DNA from: Candidatus Thorarchaeota archaeon
GTDB taxonomy: Archaea > Asgardarchaeota > Thorarchaeia > Thorarchaeales > Thorarchaeaceae
DNA length: 64,000 nucleotides
Reading direction: 5' to 3'
Assembly: GCA_048882045.1 (NCBI GenBank)
Contig: JBHLRZ010000006.1
Location: 32,001-96,000 of the forward strand
The translations under genes and the position numbers were made by a program. Positions within the stretch are counted from its first letter, which is position 1. The number at the start of each line of letters is the position of its first letter. Under the pieces are notes generated by a model. It saw only the letters and a list, made by a program, of their open reading frames with translations, did not search any database and was not told the DNA's origin. Of this stretch, positions 10,459 to 19,565 are shown piece after piece.

Positions 10459-10470
10459 GAGTAAACACCA

Positions 10471-11862
10471 ATGTTCGGAAGTAGTCCACCTAGAACCCCC
10501 ATTGAAGACGATACCACAAAAGCAGCCGAGGTTTTCGCCATTGGAATTGGCGAATGTGGCTCAAACATCGTGGGATCCTACCTTCAGACAAGCAGGGACA
10601 AGAAACTACCCTCAAGAGTGAGGGGCTATCTACTCATCAACACTGACAGAGCAGACCTGACAAAGGTACGCCAAAAATATGGCATACCAAAAGAGAACAC
10701 ACTCCTATATGGTGCCAGCGAAATCGGTGTCGGTGGCCGGTTCATGGATGGTTATAATAGTATCATGGAATCAAAGGACATCATCTTCGACCAGCTCAGT
10801 AACTTGGGTTTCGAAGGCGTTTCAGGCTTCTGTATCTTCACAAGCCTTGGCGGTGGAACTGGTTGCGGAGGTACACCAGCACTCATCGAGCTGCTCAAGC
10901 AGAGATTCCAAGAAGAAGAAGGACGACGTATCTTTGTATATGTCATAGGAATCTTGCCCTTCGAGGGACAGTCTAGTGAGGCACTGAATTCAATCTGGGC
11001 TGTATCGAAGTTGCTTCGAGCTCAGCTCCAAGAACGTGGTGCAGACCTTACAATTCTACTATCAAACAGAACAATGCTGAAGAGAATCCTTCAATGGAGA
11101 AAGGGTGATACTGTAGACTACCTGCAGCGAGAGCTAGAGGTGGACATTGCAGACATCGAATCAATCGAAAAAATGGTCCCATCTACACTTGAGGAAGCGA
11201 GTGCAGCTGACGCGAGAACCGAACAGGCATTCGTCGAACTCGTCAACCCACTTGCTCTTGATGTCGTGGAGGCCATGTTATCACCAGGTGTGTGGGAAAA
11301 ATCAAAGGATGTCTTTCCAACCACAGATCTTGCAGACTATGCTAGAAAGCTAGATCCTGTTGTAGTACCTGCGCTCTATACTGACATTGGTCTCATACCT
11401 GACGCTGGGAGTATGCCCAAGCAGTTGAGGACAATGATTGACTATGCTGTGAAGGAGTGTTCATACGCTGACGTCGGTGAAGAACCGAATGCCGAGAGTG
11501 TCTACTATGTGATGTCAGGTCCAAGGCATGTTGCGAAAGCAGAATTTGGGATGCATGTGAAGGAAGCACTGGACAAGTTCATTGCTCCCGGTGCAGCTAT
11601 CACACCTTGTTACGTCCAATACCTTGACCAAGACCCTAAGACCAACCTGCTTCTTCTCCTTGGCTTGCCAAAGATACCTGAACTTGTTCAGATCATCAAT
11701 GAAGCTACCCAGCTGGTGAATCTTCACAGTGGTGCCTCACCACTCAAGCAAGGATGGTTCATGAGGTCGAAGGGTACTACTCGAAAAGAACTCGTTGATG
11801 CTATCAATGACTTCCGTGAACTCTTCAGTTACTACATGACTCCAGGAGAAACAATGGAATAG
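10471..11862 (+). CDS. divergent tubulin/FtsZ/CetZ superfamily GTPase
   Basis: T1 GIGECGSNI (from 10543), INTD, GVGG, signature SLGGGTGCGG (GGGTGCG at 10849-10869), ILPF, LSN, T7-like TDLAD (11323); AGGAG RBS. Confidence 0.93.
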   Translation: MFGSSPPRTPIEDDTTKAAEVFAIGIGECGSNIVGSYLQTSRDKKLPSRVRGYLLINTDRADLTKVRQKYGIPKENTLLYGASEIGVGGRFMDGYNSIMESKDIIFDQLSNLGFEGVSGFCIFTSLGGGTGCGGTPALIELLKQRFQEEEGRRIFVYVIGILPFEGQSSEALNSIWAVSKLLRAQLQERGADLTILLSNRTMLKRILQWRKGDTVDYLQRELEVDIADIESIEKMVPSTLEEASAADARTEQAFVELVNPLALDVVEAMLSPGVWEKSKDVFPTTDLADYARKLDPVVVPALYTDIGLIPDAGSMPKQLRTMIDYAVKECSYADVGEEPNAESVYYVMSGPRHVAKAEFGMHVKEALDKFIAPGAAITPCYVQYLDQDPKTNLLLLLGLPKIPELVQIINEATQLVNLHSGASPLKQGWFMRSKGTTRKELVDAINDFRELFSYYMTPGETME

Positions 11863-11878
11863 AAACGGTGGTGTCAAA

Positions 11879-12946
11879 TTGTCTGACTCTTCATTCCACT
11901 ACGAGGACCTTATCGATAGGCTTCTTCTTATAATCACCCTGAACTCGACACTGATCCACTTTCTCTTAGGCTCACAGGTTGAGGACAGCATAGATCCGGA
12001 CCGGGTTGATTCTTTGACTCAAGGACTTGTTAGAACCCGGAAGTGGATGGAAGAGGCAACCACAATGAAAGGCATCCCTCCTTCAACACAGAATATCATG
12101 AGCCTCATTGTAAAGCGACTCTCACAGGTTGAGAGTCTTCTGCCCAAGCTATCAAACAAAGCGAAGCAAATGGAGTCTGGTGCCGCAACACAGGAGATCC
12201 TCTCCCTATTGGATGGAGCTGAAGCTGCTCCGAGAGCTGCTAGTGCAAGTCCTGATTCTTCAACAACAACTGCAGATGGCGAGATTATCCCACTTGTTGG
12301 TGGTGAAACAGCCAAGCCAATGGAGGCATATCGTAAGGTCGATGTCGAAGATGACCAGTTTGGTCTCATCGGACAGAGTCAGCGGCTCATTCAGCAGAAG
12401 AGTGCTTCTTGTCACGTGCTGCTTCCAACATTTTGGTTAGAAGTCCTTAGAGAGATCCATAGGTATCGCTCAGATTCGCCCTATTTTGGAGACGTAGTTG
12501 AGTTACCCGCTCGCATACTAGTAAAGACAGCTAAGGGACTTCTGACAGAGGCCCCAGGTGCAAGACTTCTCCAGGATCTAATGAAGTCAAGACAACAGGA
12601 GAATTACCTCAACCCATCAGAAATGGAACGAATAGAACGTGCTGTCGCAAAATACTACCAGGGAGTTGAGCCCATACTGAGAGAGAAAGAGGTTGAGGTC
12701 AAAGACAAGATACTCGAAGCCCAGACAGCTTTCGATGGGTTCAACTGGGGTGGTCCAGAATTGGAAAAGAGGATCATAAAGCGATTGAATCAGCAGGTAG
12801 AAGAAGCAATTCAAGCAGCTGAAACAGGAACCGATACCGCTCGTCAGGTCATCCATGCAGAAATTGCTAAGTTACTCTGCAAACTTCAACATGCTCTTCT
12901 GGCTGAACCGAGACCCCGAGAGATCCTCACTCAGATGAAACCATAG
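11879..12946 (+). CDS. hypothetical helical protein, third gene of tubulin-like operon
   Basis: 355-aa ORF 16 bp after the GTPase stop, GGTGGTG RBS; helical domains separated by an A/S/T-rich linker. Confidence 0.8.
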   Translation: MSDSSFHYEDLIDRLLLIITLNSTLIHFLLGSQVEDSIDPDRVDSLTQGLVRTRKWMEEATTMKGIPPSTQNIMSLIVKRLSQVESLLPKLSNKAKQMESGAATQEILSLLDGAEAAPRAASASPDSSTTTADGEIIPLVGGETAKPMEAYRKVDVEDDQFGLIGQSQRLIQQKSASCHVLLPTFWLEVLREIHRYRSDSPYFGDVVELPARILVKTAKGLLTEAPGARLLQDLMKSRQQENYLNPSEMERIERAVAKYYQGVEPILREKEVEVKDKILEAQTAFDGFNWGGPELEKRIIKRLNQQVEEAIQAAETGTDTARQVIHAEIAKLLCKLQHALLAEPRPREILTQMKP

Positions 12947-13027
12947 ATGTAGTAGTTCAGCTCAATTTACAGGCACAGCTCATATAAGGGAAAGTCAGAT
13001 TCCTCACAACATACACGAGGTTGAGAG

Positions 13028-14434
13028 ATGACTGGCCTAAAGACTATGTTGAATCCAAAAGTGACTGCTGTTGTAGGTGTTTCGACTACTAATCCTTTCA
13101 GTCCAGGTAATGTAATCTTCAGAAAATTGGAATTCGAAAATGGTTTGCCTACATACCCCATTAATCCTAAGGGAGGGAAGGTCGAAGGGATTCCTGTCCA
13201 CAAGTCCATCACTGCTGCACCTGATGACATTGAGTTGGCAGTGATCTCGGTTCCTGCAAAATATGTACCAGGTGTGTTAAGGGAGTGTGGAGAGAAGAAG
13301 ATACGGTCAGTCATAGTGGTCTCAGGAGGATTCAGTGAAGTTGGAGAAACCGGTGCAAATCTTCAATCAGAAATTGTCGAGATTGCAAACCAATACAAAA
13401 TATCCATGGTCGGACCAAACTGCATTGGTGTGTTTGTCCCAGATGTCCTAGATACATTTTTCCTTCCCTCTGAAAGGGTTGCACGACCTAGAAAGGGGAA
13501 AGTAGCAGTCATATCACAGAGTGGAGGTTGGCTGATCGAGCGACTTGAAGAGTTTGCAGATAGAGATGTAGGTATTGCTGCTGCAATTTCAATTGGTAAC
13601 TCTGCTCAGACAAAAGTGACTGATTTCATCAGGTACTTTGGAAATGAAAAGACTGTGGATGTCATTTGTGCATATATTGAAGGCTTCGGACAAGATGAAG
13701 GGAGAGAGTTTGTTGAAACATGCAAGGAGATTGTACTGAAAAAGCCAGTTATTGTTCTGAAAGGTGGAGAATCGGAAGCTGGTCACCGAGCGACACAAAG
13801 TCACACATCATCTTTAGCTGGAGACAATGCAATAACAAATGCAGCTTTCCAACAGTATGGGGTGATTCGTGCACTCGATGAGGATGAGGTGATGGCATAC
13901 TCGAAGGTGTTTTCGTTCAAACCGAAACCTATGCTTGGACCTCGTATCGGCACATTGACCGTGAGCGGTGGTCATGGAGTCATAGCCAGTGACGAAGCGT
14001 CTCATTATGGTCTCACAATGCCGCCATTCAGTCAGGAAGAACAATCTATAATGAGAGCACAGATGACGCCAGCATATCAAGGGATTGCATCATTTAGGAA
14101 TCCATGTGATCTCACTGGTAGTGCTGCAGATGTTGATTACGAACGTGTCTTGGATAAAATGCTCAGTTTTGATTCAATAGATGCTGCACTTCTACTGTTA
14201 CTACCATATGCTCCAGGTATCTCACTTCAGATTGGCGCGAGAGTGGCAAATGTTGCAAAAAGTCATGACAAGACTATTGTAGCTTACGTTCCAGACCTTG
14301 ACAAATACGAAGTGATCATTCGAGGATTTGAGTTGAACGGTATTGCAGTCGGGGATACAATTGAAGAGGCTGTCCAAATGGTGAATGCGATCCGGAAGAG
14401 GACGAAATATCTTCAACGCTTAGGAAAGTTATGA
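13028..14434 (+). CDS. acdA: acetate/acyl-CoA ligase (ADP-forming) alpha subunit
   Basis: CoA-binding domain, GPNCIG, SQSGG, SIGN, phospho-His SHTSSLAG, NPCDLTG. Confidence 0.88.
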   Translation: MTGLKTMLNPKVTAVVGVSTTNPFSPGNVIFRKLEFENGLPTYPINPKGGKVEGIPVHKSITAAPDDIELAVISVPAKYVPGVLRECGEKKIRSVIVVSGGFSEVGETGANLQSEIVEIANQYKISMVGPNCIGVFVPDVLDTFFLPSERVARPRKGKVAVISQSGGWLIERLEEFADRDVGIAAAISIGNSAQTKVTDFIRYFGNEKTVDVICAYIEGFGQDEGREFVETCKEIVLKKPVIVLKGGESEAGHRATQSHTSSLAGDNAITNAAFQQYGVIRALDEDEVMAYSKVFSFKPKPMLGPRIGTLTVSGGHGVIASDEASHYGLTMPPFSQEEQSIMRAQMTPAYQGIASFRNPCDLTGSAADVDYERVLDKMLSFDSIDAALLLLLPYAPGISLQIGARVANVAKSHDKTIVAYVPDLDKYEVIIRGFELNGIAVGDTIEEAVQMVNAIRKRTKYLQRLGKL

Positions 14435-15565
14435 TTAGATCCCACTGGCAATCTTTAGGTAGTCTATGCCTAAGGACTTCAGAGACTCAACAAGCTTGCC
14501 ACTTAGGATAAGTTTCTTGGATGAAAGTTCCTCAACCTTTTGTGAACCTGTCAGGTACATTGCGACTCTCAGTCCTTCTAGCATTCGTTCTAACTCTATA
14601 ACAACATCAAGGGCGCTTCCATGTACTGCAGGACGCAAGAGGGGATGGGCGACTCCAGCGGCAATTGATCCGAGAGCAAGAGCCTTGGCAATATCAAGTC
14701 CACTCCGGATCCCACCAGTAGCTATTACATCGAGGTCAGTGGCATCCAGCACCATCAATACACTGAGTGCAGTGGGTATTCCCCAATCCCAGAATTCTAG
14801 TCCAAGCTGTGCATTTAGGTCATCATCTTCTTTCAATGCTCGATAGTATTCAACTCCAGCCCAGCTTGTTCCTCCGACTCCACCCACATCGACACCTACA
14901 ACACCTGCATCTTCCAAACTCTTTGCTACCTCTCCGGATATACCCGCACCAGTTTCCTTTATGATGACTGGAACGTCAACGGAATCAACAATCATGGCGA
15001 TACTCTCTAGAGCTCCTTCAGAGTTACAGTCCCCCTCAGGTTGAATAGCTTCTTGGAGTGGATTGAGATGAACCGCAAGGATGTCAGCTTCTATCATTGA
15101 TACTGCTTCTGGAGCAACCTTGACATGAGTGGCACCGATATTAGCAATTATTGGAACAGATGGTGCGGTTTCCCTGACAATTCGGAATGTATCGGCCAAT
15201 GATGGATCCTCCACTGCAGCTCGTTGGCTACCCACACCTATGGGGAGCCCCAGCTCCTCCGCAGCACTAGCGAGTTTCTGGTTTACATTCAAGGTCTGGG
15301 GATGTCCACCAGTCATTGCAGCAATTATGAGCGGTGCACCAGCACGAAGTCCAAAGAAGTTTGTAGTGAGGTCAATACTGTCCTTATCAATCTCAGGTAG
15401 TGCGTTATGAACGAAATCTATGTCCTCAAACATTGTAGATCGTTGGCACTGGACATCCTCATCAAGGCAGATCTCGATGTGTTCAATCTTTCTTCTTCTT
15501 GTCAGTGAAGACTCAGAAGATTCATCCTCTGAACTTGAATCTGAATATGACCGTCCTTCAACCAT
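14435..15565 (-). CDS. fni: type 2 isopentenyl-diphosphate delta-isomerase
   Basis: RKIEHI, AMTGG, GVGSQR, HLNPLQEAIQPEGD, KETGAG, GGTSW, WGIPT. Confidence 0.96.
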   Translation of the reverse strand: MVEGRSYSDSSSEDESSESSLTRRRKIEHIEICLDEDVQCQRSTMFEDIDFVHNALPEIDKDSIDLTTNFFGLRAGAPLIIAAMTGGHPQTLNVNQKLASAAEELGLPIGVGSQRAAVEDPSLADTFRIVRETAPSVPIIANIGATHVKVAPEAVSMIEADILAVHLNPLQEAIQPEGDCNSEGALESIAMIVDSVDVPVIIKETGAGISGEVAKSLEDAGVVGVDVGGVGGTSWAGVEYYRALKEDDDLNAQLGLEFWDWGIPTALSVLMVLDATDLDVIATGGIRSGLDIAKALALGSIAAGVAHPLLRPAVHGSALDVVIELERMLEGLRVAMYLTGSQKVEELSSKKLILSGKLVESLKSLGIDYLKIASGI

Positions 15566-15709
15566 TGAGGTTCCTCCAGTAGGATGATAGAAGAATTAAT
15601 TCGTAGATAGGAGTTGTGGTTGTGCGTTTGAACCCTCAGAAATAGAAACTTGCGTGATGCGAAACCCTTAATCAATGACTTCAGCTACTCGCAGCACAGT
15701 GTGTGAACT

Positions 15710-16252
15710 ATGGCTGATGATGAGAAGATAAGAACCGAAGCTCCTGATGAAGAATCCGAGGAGAAGAAAGGTTTCTTCAGACCACTTCCAGAATCGGAAG
15801 AGCAGACACGCTTGGGGAAGGATGGTCGACCCCAACCCACAGTGAAGCTTCTGGGCATTTCAATGGCGGAAAGGACTCGGGACAGACTTATGCTCATACT
15901 CATTCCTGCACTAGTTGCGTTCATGAACACAACAATGTATTCGATGATTATCACTAACCAGATTACCAGCGATGCAATGTACCTCTTCTTTGTGCCTATA
16001 ATTGTAGCAATACCAATTGGATTAACAGCGGCTGATGTTGGTCGAGCCCTGATGGGAGGATTCTTTGCAGCTATTTTCTTCATGTTCTTCTTCATTTTTT
16101 TCCTAATCAATCCAGGATTGTTCATCCCTGAGCTCGGTGTGGAACAATTCATCTTCAGTGCTTTTCTGATAACTGTGGGGTACTTCATCCTCGTTATAGT
16201 GGCTAATTTGATAGGAGCAGCTGTTGGCATTATACTCCGGGAATTCTTCTGA
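15710..16252 (+). CDS. membrane protein (about 4 TM)
   Basis: Acidic N-terminus followed by four hydrophobic segments. Confidence 0.75.
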   Translation: MADDEKIRTEAPDEESEEKKGFFRPLPESEEQTRLGKDGRPQPTVKLLGISMAERTRDRLMLILIPALVAFMNTTMYSMIITNQITSDAMYLFFVPIIVAIPIGLTAADVGRALMGGFFAAIFFMFFFIFFLINPGLFIPELGVEQFIFSAFLITVGYFILVIVANLIGAAVGIILREFF

Positions 16253-16326
16253 AAGCAAGTTCAGTGTTCACTATTCACTGGATATTCAGAAAGAGTAATG
16301 TGTCGGATTGTTTCGATGATAGTGAA

Positions 16327-17472
16327 ATGAGAGGAAAATTAGTTTATCCCTATTCTGATGCACTGCTAGGCTATGAGTTTCGACAGGATCATCCACTAAA
16401 ACCAGAAAGGCTAAAGCTCACCTATCTCCTTTCTAAGGAGCTTGGACTCCTTGACAAAATCGAGGTACTCGAACCAAATCATGCTACCCGGGAGGAACTC
16501 GAACTCTTTCATTCTCCAGAGTTTATTGATGCTGTAGAGGATAGTGGAATGAACAACAATCCACATCCAAGGTATGGATTGGGAACTTCTGATAATCCGA
16601 TTTTTCCTCAGGTTCATGACACTGGATTGAGGTATGTTGGAGCAACCCTGGATGCTATGAGAGCCATAATGGAAGGAGCATCCAATGCATTCTGTATCTC
16701 TGGAGGACTTCACCATGCACACAAGAGTCTAGCCTCTGGATTTTGTATCTATAATGATGTAGTAATAGCAATCAAATTGATGCAACAGCAAAGGAAGGCA
16801 AAGGTGCTCTACCTAGATATTGATGCACATCACGGCGATGGTGTCCAGAAGGCTTTCTTCGATTCGAAAGATGTATTGACTATTTCCATACATCAAACAG
16901 GGCAAACTCTCTTTCCAGGAACAGGATATGTCTACGAAACTGGAAGTGGAGAAGCAGCAGGTTATTCTGTAAACGTTCCTCTCTTGCCTGGTGCAGGAAC
17001 GCCAGAGCTCAATCAAATTTTCGAGGAGATAATTATACCATTGTTTGAGTCCTACAAACCCGATTTACTAGTGACTCAGCTTGGAGTTGATGGGCATTTC
17101 TTGGATCCACTTGCTCAGCTAGCATATACATCTCATGGCTTTGAGAGTATACTTGAAAGACTACGAGATATGTCATCTAAGAAATGTAAGATGGGATGGC
17201 TGGCGGTTGGAGGCGGAGGATATCATCCTGTCAATGTTGCTCGACTCTGGACCCTCTTTCTAGCCATTATGATAAAGGAGAAGGTGTCTGATGAGATTCC
17301 CGATACATTTCGTGAGATGAGTTCCGAAATGGGTTACAAAAATATTCCTGACCTGATGAGAGATGAGGAAGAAGTTGTTCAGATGTATGTTCCCAGAGAG
17401 GTGGTTTCACTGGAACTTGACCGGACCATCAGGAGGATAAAGGAACTGATATTCCCCTATCACGGTCTGTAA
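16327..17472 (+). CDS. acuC: histone deacetylase family / acetoin utilization AcuC-like protein
   Basis: HPLKPER, GGLHHA, SGFCIYND, DIDAHHGDG, FPGTG, GGGGY; start refined from track 16264. Confidence 0.9.
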   Translation: MRGKLVYPYSDALLGYEFRQDHPLKPERLKLTYLLSKELGLLDKIEVLEPNHATREELELFHSPEFIDAVEDSGMNNNPHPRYGLGTSDNPIFPQVHDTGLRYVGATLDAMRAIMEGASNAFCISGGLHHAHKSLASGFCIYNDVVIAIKLMQQQRKAKVLYLDIDAHHGDGVQKAFFDSKDVLTISIHQTGQTLFPGTGYVYETGSGEAAGYSVNVPLLPGAGTPELNQIFEEIIIPLFESYKPDLLVTQLGVDGHFLDPLAQLAYTSHGFESILERLRDMSSKKCKMGWLAVGGGGYHPVNVARLWTLFLAIMIKEKVSDEIPDTFREMSSEMGYKNIPDLMRDEEEVVQMYVPREVVSLELDRTIRRIKELIFPYHGL

Positions 17473-17475
17473 AAC

Positions 17476-18105
17476 TCATACATCAGACATAGCAAGTTGT
17501 GCGTCAATCCATTTTCGAATCATCTTCACAACAAGATCTGATGCAGCTACCATGATCACAGAGTCTGCATCTTCACTCAGAATTGAAGACGGATCAATTC
17601 CAGATTTAGCTACCCTGAGCAAGGACGGGTAGCACAGAAATCCTAAACCTTCGACTATATCCATCGAATCAGTTCCAGAAATGTGGAGTTTGTCCCCTAA
17701 TACTTCAGTCGGGGAGAGCTTCGGATCACTGTTGAAGAGTTTCACTAGCAAGTCATTCTCAGAGGAAATGATGACATCGGGCTCAACACACTCATCGAAT
17801 ACCGAAGCTCGTCCTTTGTCAAATACCACAGAATACTCTTCATCTAGGTCTATGGCCTTGATACAAAAGGTAATCTCCTTGTAAGAGTCGGTGACAGAGC
17901 TTATGTGCTGTTCAAAATCATCCTCAGACATCTTACTGAGTTCTTGTACCATATCTATGCTAACGTTGAGAGCCGCCCTGCAACCATCAACGACTGGACC
18001 TAAGTACTCCATCAACATGAATTGGTCATTATTGATGTTGTTGGCTATCTCAAGAAGACTCCTTTCCAGACTCTTTGGAAGTTCATCATCACTCAAATCA
18101 AACAA
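17476..18105 (-). CDS. hypothetical protein with SCP2 (sterol-carrier)-like domain
   Basis: YSVVFDKGRASV..EPDVIISS..LLVKLF..KLHISG resembles the SCP2 fold pattern. Confidence 0.55.
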   Translation of the reverse strand: MFDLSDDELPKSLERSLLEIANNINNDQFMLMEYLGPVVDGCRAALNVSIDMVQELSKMSEDDFEQHISSVTDSYKEITFCIKAIDLDEEYSVVFDKGRASVFDECVEPDVIISSENDLLVKLFNSDPKLSPTEVLGDKLHISGTDSMDIVEGLGFLCYPSLLRVAKSGIDPSSILSEDADSVIMVAASDLVVKMIRKWIDAQLAMSDV

Positions 18106-18211
18106 CTCAGCTATCCTGAATGATTCTCGTATTTAGAGATGCTGATAGGTCATGTATTCGTGCAACATTCATAGAAAAGTGAATCTGTAAAGTTTTCAAT
18201 GAGGTATCCGA

Positions 18212-18967
18212 TTGACTACCGACATTCATACGCATTTGGGCTATGGCCAAAATGAGGTAGCTGATGTCACCTTCGACAATCTCGAAGAGCATGTTGATTT
18301 GTTGGTTTCTCGCATGGATACATTCGGAATTGCCAGAGCTGTTCTAACGCCACATGAACCTGTCATCAGCACAGAACTGTATCTGAAGGCATCTGAGATC
18401 TACCCTGACCGCTTGTTCTCCGCTTGTTCAATAGTACCCAGACCAATTGACTTGGCAAAAAAGAAACTTGCAGAATATGTTGATCGGGGATGTAGAGCAC
18501 TTGTTCTTGATGATGCAGTGTACCATCCAAAGGATCCTGCTGCTGAGTCATTGGTTGTAGATGCTGTGAATAGTGAACTTCCGGTCTATCTTCATAACGA
18601 GGTCATGACTTCTGAAACAATCACATTTCTTGACAGAGTATCGACACTATACGATGAAGGCAAATTTGTGGTCCTTAGTATGGGCGGACTCTTCGGATTC
18701 CCACAAATCATTCCGATGATGTCGAGGGCCAACATTTGGCTAGAATTGTCAATGACATTCATCCGACTTGTTGAATCACCGCTTCGAGTATTTCTAGATG
18801 CAGTACTCCAGGATATCGGTGCGAGAAAACTGGTGTTTGGTTCAGGGTATCATAGTCAGTATCCTGACATGATGGATGCACTCAACATGATCAACCTAAA
18901 CATAGAAACATCGAGGTTGATTACCAAGGAGAATGCTTGGTTAATCCTTGGTCTCGCTTTTTCATAA
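18212..18967 (+). CDS. amidohydrolase_2 family protein with degenerate active site
   Basis: DIHTHLG, MDTFGIARAVL, PVYLH, KLVFGSGY, ENAWLIL. Confidence 0.8.
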   Translation: MTTDIHTHLGYGQNEVADVTFDNLEEHVDLLVSRMDTFGIARAVLTPHEPVISTELYLKASEIYPDRLFSACSIVPRPIDLAKKKLAEYVDRGCRALVLDDAVYHPKDPAAESLVVDAVNSELPVYLHNEVMTSETITFLDRVSTLYDEGKFVVLSMGGLFGFPQIIPMMSRANIWLELSMTFIRLVESPLRVFLDAVLQDIGARKLVFGSGYHSQYPDMMDALNMINLNIETSRLITKENAWLILGLAFS

Positions 18968-18970
18968 TCC

Positions 18971-19333
18971 CTATCCTGCAAGCACTTGCTGATGAATCAG
19001 GAATTCGATATCTTCATTCTTGGGTAGTCCAATAATCTGAGCACTACCAACGAGTATCATTGGCAGTGCAATCGCATTGTAAGCCTCGATAATCTCTGGA
19101 TTTTCTTCAACAGCTGTTTCTATAACCTCCACTGGCAGGTTGAGATGATTGAACTTTTCAGCTACCTCTCGAGCGGCATCAAGAGCCTCTTGACAGAACG
19201 CACAGTTTGAACTCGTGAAGACATTAACCTTCAAAGATCCTGAGCCTGAACAGATATCCTCCATTTGAGGCTGGGCCTTGAATTGGTTTCGCTGCATCAT
19301 GGTTTCATACTCCTGTCGAGAGTCACTCCGCAA
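18971..19333 (-). CDS. thioredoxin/glutaredoxin-like protein (CAFC)
   Basis: VFTSSNCAFC, ENPEIIEAYNAIALP, IIGLP; true start may lie further into the ORF. Confidence 0.8.
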   Translation of the reverse strand: MRSDSRQEYETMMQRNQFKAQPQMEDICSGSGSLKVNVFTSSNCAFCQEALDAAREVAEKFNHLNLPVEVIETAVEENPEIIEAYNAIALPMILVGSAQIIGLPKNEDIEFLIHQQVLAG

Positions 19334-19565
19334 AAGTAGGTGGTTTGAGTCTCACATACTCAGCAACCGAGTCAACAGATCGAAGAGGAATAGCTTCCCA
19401 AGATCGTTTGGTTTCCTTATCCGTTCCTCTCTCAATTATGACGAATGGTCCGTTGGCATCGTCAAACCAGACTTTCTTGACCTTCCCAACAGGGAATCCT
19501 CTAAAGTCAGTAACTATCTTTCCTTTCAAAAGCCATTTCATTTCGTCGCTTTCCATTGTCCTCAA
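19323..19565 (-). CDS. stand-alone PRC-barrel domain protein
   Basis: LKGKIVTDFRGFPVGKVKKVWFD...AIPLRSVDSVAEYVRL matches the PRC-barrel pattern. Confidence 0.8.
   Translation of the reverse strand: MRTMESDEMKWLLKGKIVTDFRGFPVGKVKKVWFDDANGPFVIIERGTDKETKRSWEAIPLRSVDSVAEYVRLKPPTFAE

Noticed and set aside
10471-11862. Assigning the symbol ftsZ, cetZ or tubA/B
   Set aside because: The motifs are mosaic and the gene context is atypical; the subfamily cannot be assigned without a phylogeny.
16327-17472. HDAC acting as a tubulin deacetylase for the nearby GTPase
   Set aside because: It is an ordinary AcuC-like enzyme separated by unrelated genes; there is no evidence beyond proximity.
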